Shown here: in pieces, positions 27,568-32,000 of the stretch
Layout: every line of letters begins with the position of its first letter
How positions within the stretch are numbered: the first letter of the stretch is position 1
Assembly: GCF_003966335.1 (NCBI RefSeq)
Contig: NZ_CP034549.1
Location: 2,670,001-2,702,000, forward strand
DNA: 32,000 nucleotides
Direction of reading: 5' to 3'
Source of the DNA: Nonlabens ponticola
GTDB taxonomy: Bacteria; Bacteroidota; Bacteroidia; Flavobacteriales; Flavobacteriaceae
Notes under the pieces: generated by a model
Told to the model about the DNA's origin: nothing
Database searches by the model: none
The model's input: only the letters and a program-made list of their open reading frames with translations
Position numbers and translations under genes: made by a program

Positions 27568-28410
27568 ATGACTTTACAGGATTTAGGAAATTCAAATTTT
27601 GAAAACTACATCGGTGCTTCCGAAGGTCTGTCCGAAATGGCTTACCAGATGACATCGCATGTACTTACTTTAGGCTATGCAGTTATGCTAGCTGGACTGC
27701 TTTACTTCGTTTTAACCATAAAACAAGTATCTCAAAAATATAGAATGTCAAATATCTTATCGGTTGTGGTAATGGTATCAGCATTTCTTCTACTTTATGC
27801 ACAGGCAAACAACTGGACAACCAGCTTTGAGTTTGATGCAGAGCGTGGTCGCTATTTTCTTGCTGATGGTGAGGACCTTTTCAACAATGGGTATCGTTAC
27901 CTCAACTGGTTGATTGACGTACCAATGCTGTTATTCCAGATACTATTTGTAGTTTCCTTGACTAAATCTAAGTTGTCATCAGTAAGAAACCAATTCTGGT
28001 TCTCTGGTGTAATGATGATCGTTACTGGATATATTGGACAATTCTATGAAGTTTCTAACTTGACGTTATTCCTAGTTTGGGGTGCTGTCTCTACAATATT
28101 CTTCTTACATGTTCTTTACTTAATGAAGAAAGTAATTAATGAAGGTAAAGAAGGAATTCCTGCCAAGGGTCAGAAGATCTTAAACAACATTTGGATTTTG
28201 TTCTTGATTTCATGGATGCTATATCCAGGTGCATACTTGATGCCTTATCTTGGTGGTGTCGATGGATTCCTATACAACGAGAGCGGTATTGTAGGTCGTC
28301 AAATGACTTACACCATTGCAGATGTTACTTCTAAAGTAATCTACGGTGTACTTTTAGGTAACCTAGCAATGTTCTTGAGTAAAGAAGAAGGTTACAAGGT
28401 AACTGACTAA
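27568..28410 (+). CDS. Microbial rhodopsin, NDQ-motif light-driven sodium pump (NaR, KR2-like)
   Basis: 280 aa with 7 hydrophobic helices. Helix C RYLNWLIDVPMLLFQ gives N113 (27904), D117 (27916) and Q124 (27937) at the bacteriorhodopsin D85/T89/D96 positions. Schiff-base Lys K256 lies in ADVTSKVIYG (28333). Long stretches are identical to KR2 as I remember it. Confidence 0.93.
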   Translation: MTLQDLGNSNFENYIGASEGLSEMAYQMTSHVLTLGYAVMLAGLLYFVLTIKQVSQKYRMSNILSVVVMVSAFLLLYAQANNWTTSFEFDAERGRYFLADGEDLFNNGYRYLNWLIDVPMLLFQILFVVSLTKSKLSSVRNQFWFSGVMMIVTGYIGQFYEVSNLTLFLVWGAVSTIFFLHVLYLMKKVINEGKEGIPAKGQKILNNIWILFLISWMLYPGAYLMPYLGGVDGFLYNESGIVGRQMTYTIADVTSKVIYGVLLGNLAMFLSKEEGYKVTD

Positions 28411-28432
28411 TATTCCTTATCAATACAGTATT

Positions 28433-28459
28433 AAAAGGATGCCATGCGGCATCCTTTTT
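28433..28459 (+). terminator. Rho-independent terminator after the rhodopsin gene
   Basis: AAAAGGATGCC (28433-28443) pairs with GGCATCCTTTT (28448-28458) around a 4-nt loop ATGC; the trailing T-run ends at 28459. Confidence 0.85.
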
Positions 28460-28489
28460 GCTCTTAAAACATAACTAACACCAATTTTG

Positions 28490-28497
28490 TAAATTTG
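28490..28497 (+). promoter_or_regulatory. Candidate -7 promoter box TAAATTTG (TAnnTTTG) 4 nt upstream of the ATG at 28502
   Basis: Exact consensus match with the same 4-nt spacing to the ATG as at 3072-3084. This implies a leaderless or near-leaderless transcript. Confidence 0.3.
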
Positions 28498-28501
28498 CAT
28501 T

Positions 28502-28912
28502 ATGCATTCATGGACACATAGAATTCTTGCTATCGCGATGTCGCTGCTGCTGCTAGGCACAACGACCTCGTTTAGTATTGATGCCCATGTGTGCGGCGGT
28601 GAGATTGTAGACATCTCACTCACAAACGATAGTGACTGCAACATGCAAATGATGGATCATGAGATGCATGACCTCATGAAAAAAATGGGTTGTTGTCAAG
28701 ATCACAATCTAGCATCAATAGGTCAGGACGATGTGCAACCATCCATGAGTGACTTCTCGCTGGATCAACAACAATTCATAATAGCATTCACGCATTCTTA
28801 TGTAGTTCAATACGTGCTGCCCGCAACTGCCGCAACAAGCTATAGTTCTAATCCAGAGCCGCCATTGCCGCGGCAACCGCTATACATACTACACGAGTCC
28901 TACCTTATTTGA
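28502..28912 (+). CDS. Small Cys/His-rich secreted protein, HYC_CC_PP-like (function unknown)
   Basis: 136 aa. N-terminal hydrophobic segment. DAHVCGG, then MGCCQDH, then PEPPLP. This order (H-x-C, CC, PP) matches the Bacteroidota HYC_CC_PP family as I recall it. Confidence 0.5.
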   Translation: MHSWTHRILAIAMSLLLLGTTTSFSIDAHVCGGEIVDISLTNDSDCNMQMMDHEMHDLMKKMGCCQDHNLASIGQDDVQPSMSDFSLDQQQFIIAFTHSYVVQYVLPATAATSYSSNPEPPLPRQPLYILHESYLI

Positions 28913-28978
28913 TAAAACGGAATTCATCATCATAGCTGTGCGCTAGCACAGGATTATTCCATTTTATTAAATACGACA

Positions 28979-29743
28979 ATGAAACAATATTTATTATTGG
29001 CTGGTTTGGTTTTCGCTTTCGCGAAAGCGCATTCACAAGGACCACCCATAACAGCAGACAAGCCCATCATGTTAGGTGGAGGCAGTTTTACAACAAAAAC
29101 ATTAACCGAAATACGTAACACAGAGCGAGGCACCGCCATTCATATACCGCTCATGTTGCATTATCTACCTACGGCAAACAGTCTAATAGCAGTACACTTG
29201 CCCTACATCAATTACGATTTGCAAGACGCATCTGGTAGCGACCTGGCTGATGTCAAAATCATGGGTAAGTACCAATTTTATCGCAAGGATGGTACCGGCA
29301 GGACATTCCGTATGGTGGCCAAAACCTTACAGACACTACCTACAGGTCCAGAACTGGATCTTATGGATTTGAGTACTGGTAAATACGCAGGATACTACGG
29401 TCTGGTATCGGGTCTTGAGACACTTAAATACGGTATTTCAACTGAGATAGGTTACAACTGGCAACCTGATGGTACGTTGGATGAATTCAGGACAAAGCTA
29501 GGTTTTGGACTACCACTACTCAAGCCACAATATCCTAATAAACAAGTAAACCTTTATTTTGAATATACCAGCGCCTGGTTGCATGAACGTGACTGGTACC
29601 AACTGTTGTATTCTCAAGGTATTCAATATGCGCGCAAGAACATCACCTTTGATCTTGCCGTGCAATTACCATTAGTACAAGAAATCGCGCCTGACCGCGC
29701 ACTCAATTATTCTGTGTTTCTAGGAACACGCTACACATTTTAA
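28979..29743 (+). CDS. Outer-membrane beta-barrel protein (MetA-pathway 'transporter'-like family, tentative)
   Basis: 254 aa. Signal peptide. Mature N-terminus GPPITADKP. Alternating amphipathic strands. C-terminal aromatic residue (RYTF). Confidence 0.55.
   Translation: MKQYLLLAGLVFAFAKAHSQGPPITADKPIMLGGGSFTTKTLTEIRNTERGTAIHIPLMLHYLPTANSLIAVHLPYINYDLQDASGSDLADVKIMGKYQFYRKDGTGRTFRMVAKTLQTLPTGPELDLMDLSTGKYAGYYGLVSGLETLKYGISTEIGYNWQPDGTLDEFRTKLGFGLPLLKPQYPNKQVNLYFEYTSAWLHERDWYQLLYSQGIQYARKNITFDLAVQLPLVQEIAPDRALNYSVFLGTRYTF
29015..29028. repeat. Palindrome copy 9 (intragenic): GCTTTCGCGAAAGC
   Basis: Perfect 14-mer (16 bp with flanks) inside the signal-peptide coding region. Read as AFAKA (VFAFAKAHSQ). 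Confidence 0.9.
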
Positions 29744-29744
29744 A

Positions 29745-30410
29745 ATGACTATTATGAAAAATATACAGATGATTACCGCATTTCTTTTTTGCTTTTTTGC
29801 TTTCACTTCGACAAGCTCAGCACAGAGCGCGAAAGCGGACGCCCAAATATCCAAAGAACGAGACCAATTTGAAGTACAAGTCGATGGGCTTGGTTGCCCA
29901 TTTTGTGCGTACGGTCTAGAAAAAAAATTCAAAGAATTTAAAGGCATCAAGGATGTCAAGATTGACATCGAGACTGGTGACTTCTCATTCTCGTATCCTG
30001 CAAGCAAGGAACTAACCATGCAAGCAGTGACTGAGCAGGTTAAGAAAGCCGGGTACACACCACAAACAGCTAAAATCGTAAGAGCAAACGGCACCATTGA
30101 GACCAATGAACCTAAAGCAACCGTAGCAGAACTAGGTACATTGACCACGTCAACAATGATGGTAAACGGTAAATGCGGTATGTGTAAGGCACGCATCGAG
30201 AAAACCGTTGCAGATTTACCTGGCGTTCTAGATGCCTCATGGGATGTGAAAACTAAGCAACTTGTGGTGAATCACGATGCTACCATGACCAATAAAGCTG
30301 CCATTTCCAAAGAGCTAGCAGCCGTAGGTCACGATACTAAATCCAATAAGGCTAGCGATGCGACTTATGATGCACTACCAGCATGCTGCCACTATAAACG
30401 AGCTATATAA
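29745..30410 (+). CDS. Periplasmic protein with two heavy-metal-associated (HMA) domains and a C-terminal CC motif
   Basis: 221 aa. Signal peptide. VDGLGCPFCAYGLEKK and VNGKCGMCKARIEK (CxxC metal sites). C-terminus PACCHYKRAI. Starts 2 nt after the upstream stop. Confidence 0.75.
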   Translation: MTIMKNIQMITAFLFCFFAFTSTSSAQSAKADAQISKERDQFEVQVDGLGCPFCAYGLEKKFKEFKGIKDVKIDIETGDFSFSYPASKELTMQAVTEQVKKAGYTPQTAKIVRANGTIETNEPKATVAELGTLTTSTMMVNGKCGMCKARIEKTVADLPGVLDASWDVKTKQLVVNHDATMTNKAAISKELAAVGHDTKSNKASDATYDALPACCHYKRAI

Positions 30411-31237
30411 TGAAGAAGTTTTTATACATCATCCCGATTGTTATCGGGATGATTTCTTGTAAAGAAGATAAACCAATTGTTATGGAATGGCAATTGGACA
30501 AAGTCATTGAATTTGATGGTATCAACCCTATAGGATTGGCGAGCTATGGTGAGAACATCGCTATTAGTGATGGAGATCATAATCGGCTCGTAATGATTGA
30601 TCAAGACGGCACCCTAATCAGTGAGGTAGCAGATTTTGATCGTCCCATGCACATCGATGTTAAAAATGACATCATTTATGTTCCAGAATATGGTCGTGAC
30701 TCTATCGCAATGGTTGCCAATCAAGAAAGATCCTACCTTAAGTTATCAGACTCGCTGGATGCACCAGCTGGCATAAGTATTTTCAATAATGAAATTGCCA
30801 TTGCAGACTTTTACAACAACAAGATTCATTACAATGATGGATCTAGCTGGTCAAGCTTTGGTAAAGAAGGAAAGGCGCTAGGCGACTTCTACTACCCTAC
30901 TGATGTTCAAATTACTGATGATTATATCTATGTAGCTGATGCTTATAACAATCGCGGTCAAGTATTTGACAAATCAGGTAAGGTGATAAAAGCCTTCGGC
31001 GAGGATCAAAATTTCAACGCTGCTACAGGCATTTACGTGAGCGACCAAGAGATTTTCCTGACGGACTTTGAGAACAATCGTGTGGTCATTTTCAGTAAAG
31101 ATTATACCGTCCAGCAAGTTATTGAATCAGGAATTGACAAACCTACTGATATGATTGTGGTAGATAATCAACTGTTTATCACTAATTATAGAAAAGGGGA
31201 GTTAGTGATTTATAAGCTGCAACAAGTATCTAGTTAA
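30410..31237 (+). CDS. NHL-repeat / six-bladed beta-propeller lipoprotein
   Basis: 275 aa. Lipobox (VIGMISC). About 6 repeats of the type FDRPMHIDV, LDAPAGISI, FYYPTDVQI, FNAATGIYV, IDKPTDMIV, followed by Y/F-V-x-D. Its ATG overlaps the upstream stop by 1 nt. Confidence 0.7.
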   Translation: MKKFLYIIPIVIGMISCKEDKPIVMEWQLDKVIEFDGINPIGLASYGENIAISDGDHNRLVMIDQDGTLISEVADFDRPMHIDVKNDIIYVPEYGRDSIAMVANQERSYLKLSDSLDAPAGISIFNNEIAIADFYNNKIHYNDGSSWSSFGKEGKALGDFYYPTDVQITDDYIYVADAYNNRGQVFDKSGKVIKAFGEDQNFNAATGIYVSDQEIFLTDFENNRVVIFSKDYTVQQVIESGIDKPTDMIVVDNQLFITNYRKGELVIYKLQQVSS

Positions 31238-31255
31238 ATTGATTTTGTTGATTAC

Positions 31256-31269
31256 GCTTTCGCGAAAGC
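31256..31269. repeat. Palindrome copy 10: ACGCTTTCGCGAAAGCGT (18-bp perfect palindrome, 31254-31271)
   Basis: Perfect copy 19 bp after the NHL gene stop and 26 bp before the next ATG. The upstream flank TTAC is the reverse of the usual GTAA extension. Confidence 0.9.
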
Positions 31270-31294
31270 GTGTTCCCTCTAAACCAATTCAAAT

Positions 31295-32000
31295 ATGACC
31301 ATGAAACACACTTATAACATTGAAGGAATGACCTGCACGAGCTGCAGTGCTGCCGTTGAGAAGTCGCTTAAAAAAGTTGCTGGTATCGACGAGGTAAGCG
31401 TTGATCTGGAAAACAAACAAGCAACGGTAGAAATGAAGCAACATGTGGCTCTATCTGAGCTGCGTGAGACTTTGCCTTCAAAATATTCCATTTCTCAAGT
31501 TGAGGAAACAAACAATTTTAATAATACAGGCGCGACCTCAACTACCATGATGTCCAACAATGTAGAAGAGAGTAAATGGCAACAATTAAAACCGTTATTC
31601 TTGATTTTGGGATATATCGCGGCGGCTACAATCTTGCTCAATTACTCACGTGATAATTGGAATGGGGCGATGCTGGATTTTATGGGATTGTTCTTTATCG
31701 TTTTTAGCTTTTTCAAGATTCTTGATCTTCAAGGTTTTCCTGAAAGCTTTAAAATGTACGATCCACTTGCCAAGATCTTTCCGGCATACGGCTGGATCTA
31801 TCCGTTTATAGAAACAGCACTTGGATTGATGTTCTTGATGCGATTTGAGATTGACATTGCTTTGATAATCACTTTAGTTATCTTGGGAATAACCACTGTA
31901 GGCGTGACTAAAACATTGTTGGATAAAAAATCCATTCAATGTGCTTGTCTGGGAACGGCACTCAAATTACCTATGACCCAAGCTACCTTTATTGAGAACG
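31295..32000 (+). CDS. HMA domain fused to a MauE/DoxX-like redox-associated membrane domain (3' end cut by window edge)
   Basis: Not in the ORF track because no stop is reached. The frame from ATG 31295 stays open to 32000. N-terminus YNIEGMTCTSCSAAVEKSLKKV (classic GMTCxxC). Then hydrophobic helices and IQCACLG, as in the MauE family. Confidence 0.75.
   Translation, partial: MTMKHTYNIEGMTCTSCSAAVEKSLKKVAGIDEVSVDLENKQATVEMKQHVALSELRETLPSKYSISQVEETNNFNNTGATSTTMMSNNVEESKWQQLKPLFLILGYIAAATILLNYSRDNWNGAMLDFMGLFFIVFSFFKILDLQGFPESFKMYDPLAKIFPAYGWIYPFIETALGLMFLMRFEIDIALIITLVILGITTVGVTKTLLDKKSIQCACLGTALKLPMTQATFIEN

Noticed and set aside
27568-28410. Proteorhodopsin (H+ pump), xanthorhodopsin or Cl- pump assignment for the opsin
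   Set aside because: The helix-C triad is N-D-Q, not D-T-E (PR), D-T-D (BR) or N-T-Q (ClR). Overall similarity is to KR2-type Na+ pumps.
288-30604. Remaining short ORFs nested antisense or out of frame within larger CDSs: 288-599, 293-520, 880-1140, 1677-1931, 1861-2097, 3111-3338, 5839-6117, 6033-6215, 6960-7181, 7384-7746, 9225-9503, 10350-10553, 12658-12840, 15448-15681, 16895-17179, 18757-18951, 19946-20182, 23891-24130, 24400-24735, 24504-24836, 26149-26355, 26552-26755, 28420-28644, 28954-29139, 29720-30196, 30422-30604
   Set aside because: Each overlaps a longer ORF that carries clear family motifs. Their translations are low-complexity or Cys/His-odd and have no recognisable domains.
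2167-31269. CRISPR array or MITE interpretation of the GCTTTCGCGAAAGC copies
   Set aside because: The copies are dispersed, about 2.3-5 kb apart, not arrayed with regular short spacers. The conserved unit is only about 14-20 bp with no terminal inverted repeats or target-site duplications. No cas or transposase genes are present.

Overview
This is a chromosomal segment of a marine Flavobacteriia-type (Bacteroidota) genome with about 31 protein genes plus ssrA. The lineage call is an inference from T9SS type-A and type-B C-terminal sorting domains, a tmRNA with the GENNYALAA tag, TAnnTTTG promoter boxes and the absence of Shine-Dalgarno sequences. From memory, the rhodopsin is closest to KR2 of Dokdonia/Krokinobacter and to Nonlabens homologues. 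Gene order, left to right: ffh (3' part); a four-helix-bundle (IVS/Avd-like) gene cassette; folD; a lipoprotein metalloprotease. Next is a tightly packed + strand operon of thiol/sulfur-handling genes (YkgJ Cys-cluster protein, TlpA-like and redoxin-like thioredoxin-fold proteins, an MBL-fold persulfide-dioxygenase-like/rhodanese fusion, two more rhodaneses) ending in kdsA. Then come an orphan secreted protein, a TPR hybrid histidine kinase, a small T9SS cargo, a tricorn-like S41 protease, GNAT, DUF1801, two fasciclin paralogues, an LKR/saccharopine-dehydrogenase-like enzyme and a cupredoxin-like protein. These are followed by ssrA (tmRNA) preceded by two heptanucleotide tandem arrays, an orphan lipoprotein, and a 929-aa T9SS type-B adhesin-like protein. 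A histidine kinase/response regulator pair sits directly upstream of an NDQ-motif (sodium-pumping) microbial rhodopsin. The window ends in a putative metal-handling envelope cluster: HYC_CC_PP-like protein, outer-membrane barrel, double-HMA periplasmic protein, NHL propeller lipoprotein and an HMA-MauE membrane protein truncated by the window end. The strongest non-genic signal is a dispersed perfect palindrome, GCTTTCGCGAAAGC, present 10 times: 7 intergenic and 3 inside unrelated CDSs, always in the same phase and encoding AFAKA. I saw no CRISPR array, transposase, integrase, rRNA or tRNA gene.
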